A stretch of 48,611 bases of DNA from the NCBI GenBank assembly GCA_031263685.1, contig JAISFI010000019.1, forward strand, positions 1 to 48,611, read 5' to 3'. The stretch comes from Dysgonamonadaceae bacterium (GTDB lineage Bacteria; Bacteroidota; Bacteroidia; Bacteroidales; Azobacteroidaceae). The notes below the pieces were generated by a model. It was given only the letters and a program-made list of their open reading frames with translations. It was not told where the DNA came from and did no database searches. The position numbers and the translations under genes are program-made. Shown in pieces: positions 6,717 through 16,590 of this stretch (its first letter is position 1; the number at the start of each line of letters is the position of its first letter).

Positions 6717-9700
6717 ATGAAACGCACAGTTTTCTTTTCAGCAGTTTTCTTTTTATTATTATTATTGCATCTTTTCACGGGCAATCTTTGCGCACAGCAA
6801 GCGACCTCTTTTCATCGCTTGGGAAGTCAGGATGAAACGGTGCAGGATTTGTTTCCGGGATCTCACCGGGCGCGTCCCGTGATGGCCGATTTTACCAACA
6901 ACGGTTATCTGGATATTTTTTACGGAGGTCAGGATTTAGGAGGATCGACCGGCTGGTATCTGCAGGAAATCAATAAAGATACCCGTTGGGGTGATCAGGG
7001 AGACGGTACTTACATAAACCCGATCTTAAACGCCGACTATTCCGACCCGGATGTTATTCGCGTCGGGGAGAAGTATTATATGGTTTGTTCCGAATTTCAT
7101 TACATCGGTTTGCCAGTGCTTGAGTCGGACGACATGGTTAACTGGAAGATCATCAGCCAGGCATATAACCGCTTTGATTTCCCCGAATATGACAGCAATG
7201 GACGTTATGGCGGTGGTTCCTGGGCGCCGTCTATCCGGTATCATGCCGGGAAATTCTGGATTTATTTTTGTACGCCCAATGAAGGGTTGTTTATGACGAA
7301 TGCGGAGCATCCCGCAGGCCCCTGGTCTCCTCTGTTGCAGGTAAAAAACGTTGGCGGATGGGAAGATCCCTGTCCTTTTTGGGACGAAGACGGTCAGGCG
7401 TATTTAGGACGAAGCCAATTGGGCGGCGGCCCTATTTTTCTCCATAAAATGAATGCCGACGGTACTCAACTGCTGGATAACGGCACGAAAATTTATGAAG
7501 GGGAAACGGCAGAAGGTACCAAAATATTTAAGAAAGGCGATTACTATTATTTAAGTATCCCGGAAGGCGGCGTTGCTACGGGATGGCAAACGGTGCTTCG
7601 TTCCCGGAATATTTACGGGAGTTACGAGAAAAAAATAGTATTGGAACAGGGTGCGACCAAGGTTAACGGCCCTCATCAAGGCGCACTGGTCGATACACCG
7701 GAAGGCGAATGGTGGTTTTATCATTTTCAGTCGAAAGACCCTTTGGGCAGAGTGGTGCATTTGCAGCCGGTAGAATGGAAGGAAGACTGGCCGCAGATTG
7801 GCGTTGACCTGGATATGAACGGAGTTGGCGAGCCGGTAAAAACATGGACGAAACCGGCAACCGGGCAACATTCGGATGTCGCTGTTCTGCAAACGAGTGA
7901 TGATTTTTCATCGCCAACACTCGGTTTGCAATGGCAAATCAATCATAATCCGGTCAACGACCACTGGTCTCTCACCGACCGTCCGGGCTATCTCACCTTG
8001 AAGGCGATAAAGGCCAATAATTTGAAAAGCTCGAAGAACATGTTTACCCAGAAGGAGATGGGTTATCTCGGAGAGGCTTCTACCGAGTTGGATTGCAGTA
8101 AACTGTCGAACGGACAGCGTGCCGGTTTATTTTGCACAGGAAATCATTATCATGCCATTGGCGTAGAGCGTGGAACGGACAAAAACTACATTTACGTGGA
8201 AAAAGACGGCGTTTCCGAGCAAATCGTACCGGTATCTGCCGGAACAGTCTTTTTCAAAGTTTTTTTGAATGCCAATTCAAATGAGCATCAATTCTATTAC
8301 AGCCTGGATAATGAGGAGTATGTTGCCTGTAAAGAGTCTTTTTCCCTGCAATCCGGCGACTGGAAAGGAAGCCGGGTGGGGATTTTTTCGTATAATACAG
8401 TAGCCGATGCGGGAGAGGCCGATTTTAACTGGTTTCACTATCAGTACGATGGTCCCGGAAAATATGCCAAAGAAATAATGTACCCGGAGAAATACGCCGA
8501 TTGGCATGTTTGGAATGAATTGGCGGCACTGGTCGAAAATAACGGAGATGGAACGTTTTCTCTTATACAGGAGTATGATGCTAATATTCAAGTTACGATA
8601 TGGACAAATGCCGTATTTTTTGATTATGATAATGATGGGAACTTGGACTTGTTGCTGGTTGCCAAGGGCGGAGACTGGCGTTTTCCGATGAGTAAAAAAT
8701 TTGCTTGCCTGTACCGGAATTTGGGAGAAAGTGGTCATTACAGATTCCAGCAAGTGTATAACACGGGTTTCAAAGCCTATTGTGATGAGATGTATTTCAA
8801 CACCCTGTCGGTTGGCGACTATGATCATGATGGATATAATGACGTTCTCATCATGTGCTATGACGATCGGGGTCGCAGCGTGGATTTGTACAAAAATCAT
8901 GCGGGTGATGGAACATTTGTTTTGCAATCCGGCGCTTTCGATAAATCGCATCCGGCGTCGAACGGGTCGGTGATGTTCGGAGATATGGATAATGACGGCT
9001 GGCTGGATATTTTCTATACGGGTTACAGCACTGTGTCGAGAGGTATTCGTCTTCATAGAAACAGGCAGGATGGAACTTTTCAGGATATTACGCCGGGTAA
9101 TATAGCCGGATCTTTTGAAAGTCAGTCGATATTGTCCGATGTCAACGGCGATGGAACACTGGATATTATGGTCACCGGGCATGGTGATAATTGGGAACGT
9201 TTTTCTTCTTTGTATTACAATACCATCCATCTGCCGACGAAGCTTCCGGAGTTTACCCATCATTCATCTGCCGCAACCGGTATTGTTCCGGTCAACAAGG
9301 CCAATATTCTGGCTGCCGACTTTAATCATGACGGACTTCAGGATATGATTATCAACGGCTACGACGGTTCAAAAGATTTGACGCGGGTGTATTACCAGAA
9401 CGTCGAGCAAAAATTTGTGCAGGACGAAAAGAAAACGATTATTGCAACTAAAGACGGCGGTATCAATATGGGAGATGTGAATGGCGATGGAAATATGGAT
9501 GTGATCGTTGCCGGTTACAAAGGCTCGGATACGGGCAATGCCTATGGATCGCCGGTCAGAATATACGAAAACCGGCCGGAAGAGGCCATGCTTTCTAATA
9601 ATTTGCCGCCGGCGCCTCCGGCTTTTGTTCAGGCAGCGTATCGGGCGGGGAAATTAGTGATTCGTTGGGGGGATGCGAGTGATGATATTACGGCAATTCA

Positions 9701-10151
9701 GGCGCTTCGATACAATATTTATGTCAAAAGCAATACGACGAACTGGATTTGGATGATGATTCCGGCAGATATTCATACAGGGCGTGTGAAAGTCGGAACA
9801 GATTTGCAGACCTCTCTCTCTTCGGCTGTCAAGGAATATGTCCTGACGCTTCCTCCGGATGATTATACGGTTGGCGTACAGGCATTAGACCAGTCTTATG
9901 CCGGTGGAGCGTTTGCTACGTTCAGCGATTTGTTTACCGGAATCTCTTCCGATCCCAAAGAAAGCGGTAGATGGGTGCAAACACTGGAAGCCGGTATCCG
10001 GGTGCGAAGTGAATGTTCGGAGGAAGTTAACGTGGTTAACCTGAGAGGGGAAGTCCTGGCAAACGCCGTAACGAATACGTTGATTCCGCTGCTGGAACAT
10101 GGATTCTATATTGTGAGAGTAGCCGGACAATCTTTCAAAATTATCAGATAA
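6717..10151 (+). CDS. Secreted FG-GAP/VCBS propeller protein with nested GH43 (beta-xylosidase/arabinofuranosidase-type) module, Fn3-like module and T9SS CTD
   Basis: The track ORF starts at 6648. The ATG at 6717 gives MKRTVFFSAVFFLLLLLHLFTGNLCAQQ, a signal peptide. GH43 motifs are DPDVIRVGEKYYM, WAPSIRYHAGKFWIYF, DPCPFWDEDGQAYL and EGTKIFKKGDYYYL. Downstream FG-GAP blades include FDYDNDGNLD, GDYDHDGYND, GDMDNDGWLD, SDVNGDGTLD, ADFNHDGLQD and GDVNGDGNMD. The C-terminal beta-rich tail ends ...GFYIVRVAGQSFKIIR. Confidence 0.8.
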   Translation: MKRTVFFSAVFFLLLLLHLFTGNLCAQQATSFHRLGSQDETVQDLFPGSHRARPVMADFTNNGYLDIFYGGQDLGGSTGWYLQEINKDTRWGDQGDGTYINPILNADYSDPDVIRVGEKYYMVCSEFHYIGLPVLESDDMVNWKIISQAYNRFDFPEYDSNGRYGGGSWAPSIRYHAGKFWIYFCTPNEGLFMTNAEHPAGPWSPLLQVKNVGGWEDPCPFWDEDGQAYLGRSQLGGGPIFLHKMNADGTQLLDNGTKIYEGETAEGTKIFKKGDYYYLSIPEGGVATGWQTVLRSRNIYGSYEKKIVLEQGATKVNGPHQGALVDTPEGEWWFYHFQSKDPLGRVVHLQPVEWKEDWPQIGVDLDMNGVGEPVKTWTKPATGQHSDVAVLQTSDDFSSPTLGLQWQINHNPVNDHWSLTDRPGYLTLKAIKANNLKSSKNMFTQKEMGYLGEASTELDCSKLSNGQRAGLFCTGNHYHAIGVERGTDKNYIYVEKDGVSEQIVPVSAGTVFFKVFLNANSNEHQFYYSLDNEEYVACKESFSLQSGDWKGSRVGIFSYNTVADAGEADFNWFHYQYDGPGKYAKEIMYPEKYADWHVWNELAALVENNGDGTFSLIQEYDANIQVTIWTNAVFFDYDNDGNLDLLLVAKGGDWRFPMSKKFACLYRNLGESGHYRFQQVYNTGFKAYCDEMYFNTLSVGDYDHDGYNDVLIMCYDDRGRSVDLYKNHAGDGTFVLQSGAFDKSHPASNGSVMFGDMDNDGWLDIFYTGYSTVSRGIRLHRNRQDGTFQDITPGNIAGSFESQSILSDVNGDGTLDIMVTGHGDNWERFSSLYYNTIHLPTKLPEFTHHSSAATGIVPVNKANILAADFNHDGLQDMIINGYDGSKDLTRVYYQNVEQKFVQDEKKTIIATKDGGINMGDVNGDGNMDVIVAGYKGSDTGNAYGSPVRIYENRPEEAMLSNNLPPAPPAFVQAAYRAGKLVIRWGDASDDITAIQALRYNIYVKSNTTNWIWMMIPADIHTGRVKVGTDLQTSLSSAVKEYVLTLPPDDYTVGVQALDQSYAGGAFATFSDLFTGISSDPKESGRWVQTLEAGIRVRSECSEEVNVVNLRGEVLANAVTNTLIPLLEHGFYIVRVAGQSFKIIR

Positions 10152-10181
10152 CTATATCATCATTTAATATACAGATAATTT

Positions 10182-12164
10182 ATGAGACAGTTGAATATAA
10201 GCATTTTGTTTTTATGTATCGCTTTCGTTGCCTGGAGTAAAAATGGTATTGAATCCGGAAAATGGAAATTATCCTATTCTTCCGAGCAGAACGGCATCGC
10301 TATTGAAAAAAATTCCTCAGTATTATGCTCCGGCCTGTATGCTTCGTGGAATTGGGAAGGGAAAGAAATTTCCACCCGCGACTATTCGAATCGAAAATGG
10401 GAAACAAACGCATGGCAAGATGCTTTTGGAAAGGGTTTTACCTGGACAGTCACTTATAGCGGAAAGGATTTGCCGGTGCTGGTGCAAACGTTTTACGTGT
10501 ATCCTGAGAAGGATTATCTTTTGACGGAGTTTTTCGTAAAACATCCATCCGGCGAAATTGCTTCCAATTATATGGCTCCGGTGCATTTTCATCCGGTGGA
10601 ATTTCCATTCGGCGAAGAAGGCCGGGCTTTGTTTGTTCCCTACGACAATGATGCCTGGATCCGTTTTCAATCGCATCCGCTGACTTTTGATCGACTGACC
10701 AGCTATGAAGTAACTGCCGTCTTTAATCCTGCCAGCCGGAAGGGGATTGTGCTTGGCTCGATCGAACATGATTACTGGAAGACTGCCGTAACAATGACCA
10801 GTGCACAGCCGGAAGGTATCGGCTCACTGGTTTGTTATGGCGGAGTTGCCGATTCATTGACGCGCGATTCCAAGCCTCATGGCGCCTTATCCGGAAAAGT
10901 GATTAAATCGCCCAAAGTCCTGCTGGGTGTTTTCGACGATTGGCGGAATGGTTTAGAGCAGTACGGCGAAGCCAATGCGCTGGTCGCTCCTCCCAAAGCG
11001 TGGGACAAAGCTGTGCCTTTCGGCTGGAACAGTTGGGGCGTCTTGCAGTTCAATCTCACCTATTCCAAGGCGATGCAGGTATCGGATTTCTTCAGAAATT
11101 ATTTGCAGGAGCAGTCTTTTCTTAATTCGGATCATACCTTGTATGTTGGACTGGACTCCGGTTGGGATCGTTTTACGGAAGATGAGTTGAAATCTTTTGT
11201 ACAGCAATGCAGGAAAAACGGTCAAATAGCAGGGATTTACTGGACGCCTTTCACCGATTGGGGACGGAATCCCGAAGCGACTGTCAGAGAAGCGACGGAA
11301 TATCAGTTCAAAGACATTTACATCTATTCGCACGGGAAACCGCAGGAACTTGACGGCGCTTACGCAATTGACCCTACGCATCCGGCAATTGAAGAGCGGA
11401 TGAAGAAAGCCTCGGAATTGTTTCACCGTTGTGGCTTTGAGTATGTGAAAATGGACTTTATGACGCACGGAGCATTGGAAAGCGACCGTTGGTATCGCCC
11501 GGAGATTCGAACCGGCGTCCAGGCCTATAATTATGGGATGGAATTGCTGAACAGGTATTTTGGCGATATGTATATCAACCTGTCCATTTCTCCGGTTTTT
11601 CCGGCTCAATACGCTCAGTCCCGCCGTATTGCCTGCGATGCCTGGAACAAAATAAAGGATACGGAATATACAATGAATGCTGTTTCTTACGGCTGGTGGA
11701 TTGATCAGGTTTATCAGTACAATGATGCCGACCATGTGGTTTTGCGTGAGGCAAGCGAAGGCGAAAATCGGGCGCGTGTAACTTCGGCTGTTATCACAGG
11801 CCTCTACATAGTGGGCGACGATTTCAGCGAAGAAGGTTCCGAAGAAGGAAAGGAGCGAGCGAAGATGTATCTGACAAATCCCCGGATCAATGCGATTGCG
11901 AATGGCGTTTCGTTTCGTCCGCTGGAAGGAAACGGAGAAAAGTCGGAAAATCAGTTTGTCCGTACCGATGAAGATGGAACATACTATGTCTGTTTCAATT
12001 ATACGGAAGCACCGGTAGATATACGGATTCCCTGGGAACGTATTGGAATTGCCGTCCCGGAAAAAATGGAGGCCGTCGATTGCTGGAAGCATGAAAAAAT
12101 AGACATCCGGGGCAGCGTGTCGGTGCCGGGAAAGGATGTTTTGGTGGTGAAGATTACAGGATGA
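10182..12164 (+). CDS. Clan GH-D (GH27/GH36-like, melibiase-type) alpha-galactosidase-like glycoside hydrolase
   Basis: 660 aa with a signal peptide. PFGWNSWG, GLDSGWD, IDPTHP, EYVKMDFM and RRIACDAW resemble the TIM-barrel motifs of alpha-galactosidase-type enzymes. The family call is by eye only. Confidence 0.55.
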   Translation: MRQLNISILFLCIAFVAWSKNGIESGKWKLSYSSEQNGIAIEKNSSVLCSGLYASWNWEGKEISTRDYSNRKWETNAWQDAFGKGFTWTVTYSGKDLPVLVQTFYVYPEKDYLLTEFFVKHPSGEIASNYMAPVHFHPVEFPFGEEGRALFVPYDNDAWIRFQSHPLTFDRLTSYEVTAVFNPASRKGIVLGSIEHDYWKTAVTMTSAQPEGIGSLVCYGGVADSLTRDSKPHGALSGKVIKSPKVLLGVFDDWRNGLEQYGEANALVAPPKAWDKAVPFGWNSWGVLQFNLTYSKAMQVSDFFRNYLQEQSFLNSDHTLYVGLDSGWDRFTEDELKSFVQQCRKNGQIAGIYWTPFTDWGRNPEATVREATEYQFKDIYIYSHGKPQELDGAYAIDPTHPAIEERMKKASELFHRCGFEYVKMDFMTHGALESDRWYRPEIRTGVQAYNYGMELLNRYFGDMYINLSISPVFPAQYAQSRRIACDAWNKIKDTEYTMNAVSYGWWIDQVYQYNDADHVVLREASEGENRARVTSAVITGLYIVGDDFSEEGSEEGKERAKMYLTNPRINAIANGVSFRPLEGNGEKSENQFVRTDEDGTYYVCFNYTEAPVDIRIPWERIGIAVPEKMEAVDCWKHEKIDIRGSVSVPGKDVLVVKITG

Positions 12165-12184
12165 GAATTTTTGATCTCAGTTTT

Positions 12185-14305
12185 TCATAGATTTTTCATA
12201 GACAACTGTATTCTTTTCCGTTCCAAATCTACAGATAAAACCCTCACTTTGACGTGCTGGTGTACGGAGACAACTTCTGTGGGATCGGAAATAAAGCGGT
12301 CGGCCAATTCGGAAATATGCACCAAACCGTTTTCCTTGATGCCGATGTCGACGAAACATCCGAAGTTGGTGATATTATTGATGATGCCGGGAAGTTCCAT
12401 CCCTTCCCGCAAATCCTGTATGGTTTTGATGCTTTTGTCGAACTCAAAGACTTTAATGATTTGACGCGGATCGCGACCGGGTTTATCCAGTTCTTCCAGG
12501 ATGTCTTTCAAGGTCGGCATGCCGATTTTATCTGTGAGATATTTTTCCAGGGAGAGTTGTTTCTTCAGCGCTTTGTCAGTCATTAAATCGGACACGCTAC
12601 AAGCGAGGTCTTTGGACATTTTTTCTACAATATGGTAACTCTCCGGGTGTACGGCCGAATTGTCCAATGGATTTTCGGCCTCCGGTATGCGCAGGAAACC
12701 GGCGCACTGTTCAAAGGTTTTTTCTCCCATGCGCGGGATTTTCATCAAATCTTTCCGGCTGTTGAACGCTCCGTTTTCCGTCCGGTATTTAACGATATTT
12801 TCGGCCAAAGTAGGGCCTAATCCGGAAACATAAGTCAACAAATGTTTGCTGGCTGTATTCACATTTACGCCTACCATATTTACACAGTTTTCGACTGTCT
12901 GGTCTAATGACTTTTTTAATTTGTTCTGATCGACATCATGCTGATATTGTCCGACGCCAATAGATTTCGGATCTATTTTCACCAATTCGGCCAGCGGATC
13001 CATCAAACGACGTCCAATACTGACCGATCCTCTAACCGTTACATCATAATTGGGAAACTCGTCTCTCGCCGTCTTGGACGCGGAATATACCGACGCCCCG
13101 TTTTCACTGACCACAAACACCTGTACCTTGCGGTCATACCGGAGATTGGTAATAAAATCTTCCGTTTCGCGACTGGCAGTACCGTTTCCGATGGCGATGG
13201 CTTCGATGTTGTAAGCGTTCACCAATGCTGTTATTTTCATTCCGGCTTTACTTCTTTCATGCTGCGGCGGATGGGGGTAAATTGTCTCGTTGTGCAGTAA
13301 ATTGCCCTGCGCATCCAGACAAACTAATTTGCAACCGGTACGATAACCGGGATCTATGCCCAACACCCGTTTTTGTCCCAACGGCGGCGCTAATAACAAC
13401 TGCCGCAGGTTTTCCGAGAAAACTTTGATGGCTTCCACATCCGCTTTTTCTTTGGAAAGGGCGGCAAACTCCGTTTCGATGGAGGGTTTCAACAATCTTT
13501 TATAGGAATCTTTCAACGCTTCTTCTACCTGTTTGGAAGAAGAGGTACATCCGTTGATATATTTTTTAGTCAACGCTTCGACACAATGTGCATCGTCCGG
13601 ATCAATGCCGACACGCAGAAACCCTTCGCTCTCGCCTCGCCTCATAGCCAGTATGCGATGAGAAGAGCAGCGTTTGAGCGGCTCGCTGAACTCAAAATAA
13701 TCTCGGTATTTATCTCCTTCCTTTTCCTTTCCTTTGACAAGTCTGGAGGAGATGACCGCTTCCCGATTAAAAAAGTTCCGGATAATATTTCTGGCAGAAC
13801 TGTCTTCGCTAATCCATTCGGCAATAATGTCTCTGGCGCCTTGCAAGGCTTCTTCCGGCGATTGTACTTCTCCTTTCACGAAACGGATGGCTTGCGATTC
13901 AACGTCCCGTTCCTGTTGTATCATCAGGATTTTCGCCAATGGCTCCAAGCCTTTTTTGCGTGCGATTTCCGCTTTTGTCTGGCGTTTGGGTTTGTATGGA
14001 AGATAAAGGTCTTCGAGTTCGGCACTGTCCCAGCAGTCATCGATACATTTCCTGAGCGCTGGAGTGAGCTTTTCCTGTTCTTCGATCGTCTTCAGAATAG
14101 TCTCTTTGCGTTTGACAAGCTCTTGCAATTTTTCGTAAACATCTTTGATTTGACCAATTGCTATCTCGTCCAATCCTCCGGTTACTTCTTTCCTATAACG
14201 GCTGATAAATGGAATGGTTGCCCCTTCGTCCAATAACAGGAGGGTTTTGCTGATTTGTTTTTCGCTGATAGATAGCTGTTTCGTGATAATATCCGGGAAA
14301 GTCAT
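12185..14305 (-). CDS. tex: Tex / YhgF-like transcription accessory protein (S1 RNA-binding domain)
   Basis: 706 aa. The N-terminus ISRYRKE.TGGLD is characteristic. It has a YqgF/RuvC-like middle region (LGIDPGYRTGCK), an HhH region, and a C-terminal S1 domain (GIINNITNFGCFVDIG...GLVHISEL). Confidence 0.9.
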   Translation of the reverse strand: MTFPDIITKQLSISEKQISKTLLLLDEGATIPFISRYRKEVTGGLDEIAIGQIKDVYEKLQELVKRKETILKTIEEQEKLTPALRKCIDDCWDSAELEDLYLPYKPKRQTKAEIARKKGLEPLAKILMIQQERDVESQAIRFVKGEVQSPEEALQGARDIIAEWISEDSSARNIIRNFFNREAVISSRLVKGKEKEGDKYRDYFEFSEPLKRCSSHRILAMRRGESEGFLRVGIDPDDAHCVEALTKKYINGCTSSSKQVEEALKDSYKRLLKPSIETEFAALSKEKADVEAIKVFSENLRQLLLAPPLGQKRVLGIDPGYRTGCKLVCLDAQGNLLHNETIYPHPPQHERSKAGMKITALVNAYNIEAIAIGNGTASRETEDFITNLRYDRKVQVFVVSENGASVYSASKTARDEFPNYDVTVRGSVSIGRRLMDPLAELVKIDPKSIGVGQYQHDVDQNKLKKSLDQTVENCVNMVGVNVNTASKHLLTYVSGLGPTLAENIVKYRTENGAFNSRKDLMKIPRMGEKTFEQCAGFLRIPEAENPLDNSAVHPESYHIVEKMSKDLACSVSDLMTDKALKKQLSLEKYLTDKIGMPTLKDILEELDKPGRDPRQIIKVFEFDKSIKTIQDLREGMELPGIINNITNFGCFVDIGIKENGLVHISELADRFISDPTEVVSVHQHVKVRVLSVDLERKRIQLSMKNL

Positions 14306-14588
14306 ACGTAAATTTTATTGCTTTTAATTTATTCGACGGCAAATTTACGGCAAATTTATGGGAAATAATCGAAATTCGGAACAAAACCTCTATCACTGTA
14401 TATTTCACTTCAGCTCTTAACTTGATGACATTGAGTTGGAGCCTTTGCCGAGCGTGGATTATGGTGAAAAAAGGAAAACTTCCCGGAAATCTTTTGGTGC
14501 GGTTGTCCTGGAAATATTTTGCTGTTTCAAAGATTGCTTGTATCATGAAAAAAAACGCTAACTTTGTCAAGAAAAAAACAAAAAGAGC

Positions 14589-15866
14589 ATGGGACGAAAT
14601 AAGAAACTGAAATTATTATTGACAAGTATTGTATTATTATTCCTGTTTTCCTGTAAGAATTTGGAAAACAAGGAAATGGATTCAAAAGTAATCGACATTG
14701 AACACGCTCTGCAAAACCTCTCACACCTCAAAGTTTCCGATTTCGGTAAAACAATCCGGTATATTCCGTTAGAAACAACAGACGATGGCTTGATAGGTAG
14801 AAATCCTGTTGTCAAAGTATTAAAAAGCTATATTGTAATTGAATATAGTCGGGGACACTGCCTGTTATTTAATAAAGAAAACGGACGTTTTATCGCGGAA
14901 ATCGGACATTCCGGGCAAGATCCGAAAGCATTTACCAATAATTTTTCCTGGACGGACGAAAAGGAAGAATTTTTGTATTTTGAACGCAGGCCTAATCAAT
15001 TGATAAAATACGATATGAAAGGGAATTTCTGCGATCAAATAAAATTCTCATCCTCCGGACTGGCGTCCTGTTATTTAATAACGGACTCGGAATTTATCGG
15101 ATATTTTGATGGAATAAATTCATTCTTTGACGAAATAAATTCATTCGGATATGCCTTGGGAATATTCGACAAAGAAGGAAATTTGAAGGATACGATTCCG
15201 TCGTTTTTCCCGAAAACGCAAGTCGTACCGGATGATATAATGAGCATTAACATTTTTCGGGGAAATACTTTGTATGACAGGTATGGAAACTGGACACGTG
15301 CAGGCGCTATCATTACGGATTATAAAAATGATGCAAGACAAATTATTGCTGCAAACGCGGCAAGAATATGGAAAAATAATGAAAACATTCGCATCAAAGA
15401 AGATTTCGTAGACACGCTCTATACCGTTTCTGCCGGCAAATTTATTCCGTTAATTGCTTTCCACACCGGTAAGTACCACTGGCCTATAGAAGAAAAAACT
15501 AATAAGAAGCATACCAATGAACGTGTTTTTATTGCGGATATATCCGAAAATAACGATTTCATTTTCTTCCAGTGCATCATGGGAATGTATTCCGACAGTC
15601 CTGTTTTATATAACGGCCTGTATGACAAGAAAACAGGAGAGACAAAACTCGGCAAACACAGCGATGGCATAAAAGATGATTTAACTCTCTTCATGCCATT
15701 TACCTCTTTAGGTATGAGCACCGTCGGCGAATTTGTTTCCCTTGTTGAAGCCGGAGATGTTATGGAATGGCTGGAAAACCATCCGGAAGCAATAAATAAT
15801 GAACAGCTTTCTTTTCTGAAAGAGTTGGATGGAGAAATGAATCCGATTGTTATACTGATAGAATAA
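14589..15866 (+). CDS. Lipoprotein, 6-bladed beta-propeller (BF3164-like) family
   Basis: 425 aa with a lipobox LLFLFSC. The N-terminal segment (LKVSDFGKTIRYIPLETTDDGLIGR...VLKSYIVIEY) is typical of the Bacteroidales 6-bladed beta-propeller lipoprotein family. A TAacTTTG -7 box sits at 14559-14566. Confidence 0.55.
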   Translation: MGRNKKLKLLLTSIVLLFLFSCKNLENKEMDSKVIDIEHALQNLSHLKVSDFGKTIRYIPLETTDDGLIGRNPVVKVLKSYIVIEYSRGHCLLFNKENGRFIAEIGHSGQDPKAFTNNFSWTDEKEEFLYFERRPNQLIKYDMKGNFCDQIKFSSSGLASCYLITDSEFIGYFDGINSFFDEINSFGYALGIFDKEGNLKDTIPSFFPKTQVVPDDIMSINIFRGNTLYDRYGNWTRAGAIITDYKNDARQIIAANAARIWKNNENIRIKEDFVDTLYTVSAGKFIPLIAFHTGKYHWPIEEKTNKKHTNERVFIADISENNDFIFFQCIMGMYSDSPVLYNGLYDKKTGETKLGKHSDGIKDDLTLFMPFTSLGMSTVGEFVSLVEAGDVMEWLENHPEAINNEQLSFLKELDGEMNPIVILIE

Positions 15867-15939
15867 ATGCCTTCCATCTGTTGTGTGCTCATTTTTACAG
15901 GATTATAGATAAACTCAATGTAAGGATAGCAACTATTGA

Positions 15940-15971
15940 TTTGATTGGTCTGAAATTTGTCTGTAAATTTG
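15940..15971 (+). promoter_or_regulatory. Candidate sigma-A promoter for dps
   Basis: TTTG (15940-15943), a 20-nt spacer, then TAaaTTTG (15964-15971). The ATG is at 16028. Confidence 0.55.
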
Positions 15972-16027
15972 CATCATAAAAAAGTAATCAAGACGATTAT
16001 TTATTAACAGATTAAATTACAAATGTT

Positions 16028-16504
16028 ATGGACACTAAAAACAATGTAGGATTAGAACTGAATGTAGTGAATCCCGTGATCGCAAAACTGAATGATATTC
16101 TGGCTAATTACCAGGTGTTTTACACAAACCTGAGAGGTTTCCACTGGAATATCCAGGGAGATAAATTCCTGGAATTGCACGAACTTTACGAAGAATATTA
16201 CAACGAGCTTGCCGAAAAAATCGACGAAGTAGCCGAGCGGATTGTGATGCTGGGAGAAGTTCCCGCCAACAGTTTCTCCGAGTATTTGAAATCGGCAAAA
16301 GTAGCAGAAGTATCCAGAGTTTTCGACTGGAGAATCGGCGCAAGCAATGTAGTAGAAACGTTGCAGTTCCTTTTGTCCGAACTCAGAGAACTTTACAGAC
16401 TTGCGGTCAAGGCAGGCGATCAAGCCTCAATTTCACTGGCAGTTCATGGAGTCAGGAGTTTTGAAAAGAAAGTATGGGTACTTTCCGCCTATTTGAAAGA
16501 ATAA
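16028..16504 (+). CDS. dps: Dps-family DNA-protection/ferritin-like protein
   Basis: 158 aa. It has the YTNLRGFHWNIQGDKFLELHELYEEYYNELAEKIDEVAERI ferroxidase-site pattern (H...H...D...E). Confidence 0.9.
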   Translation: MDTKNNVGLELNVVNPVIAKLNDILANYQVFYTNLRGFHWNIQGDKFLELHELYEEYYNELAEKIDEVAERIVMLGEVPANSFSEYLKSAKVAEVSRVFDWRIGASNVVETLQFLLSELRELYRLAVKAGDQASISLAVHGVRSFEKKVWVLSAYLKE

Positions 16505-16546
16505 GTAGAAAATAAAGTTAAACATTAGCGAGTAAGACCTGATTAT

Positions 16547-16590
16547 GGGCGGCAAACAAGTGTAATGCTTGTTTACCGTCCATTTTTTTA
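16547..16590 (+). terminator. Rho-independent terminator of dps
   Basis: GGGCGGCAAACAAG-tgtaatg-CTTGTTTACCGTCC forms 13 pairs with one A-C mismatch and one G-U pair. ATTTTTTTA follows. Confidence 0.8.

Noticed and set aside
14422-14610. A 62-aa ORF, and the opposite ORF at 14193-14570, in the tex/lipoprotein spacer.
   Set aside because: They overlap the predicted -7 boxes of both flanking genes (the CAAATTTA pair at 14340-14358 and TAacTTTG at 14559-14566), and one overlaps the lipoprotein start. There are no motifs.
15906-15937. ATAG/CTAT elements upstream of dps as an OxyR operator.
   Set aside because: The spacing (ATAG-N7-CAAT-N6-ATAG-N3-CTAT) does not fit the ATAG-N7-CTAT-N7-ATAG-N7-CTAT layout. 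It is too degenerate to call without a lineage-specific motif model.
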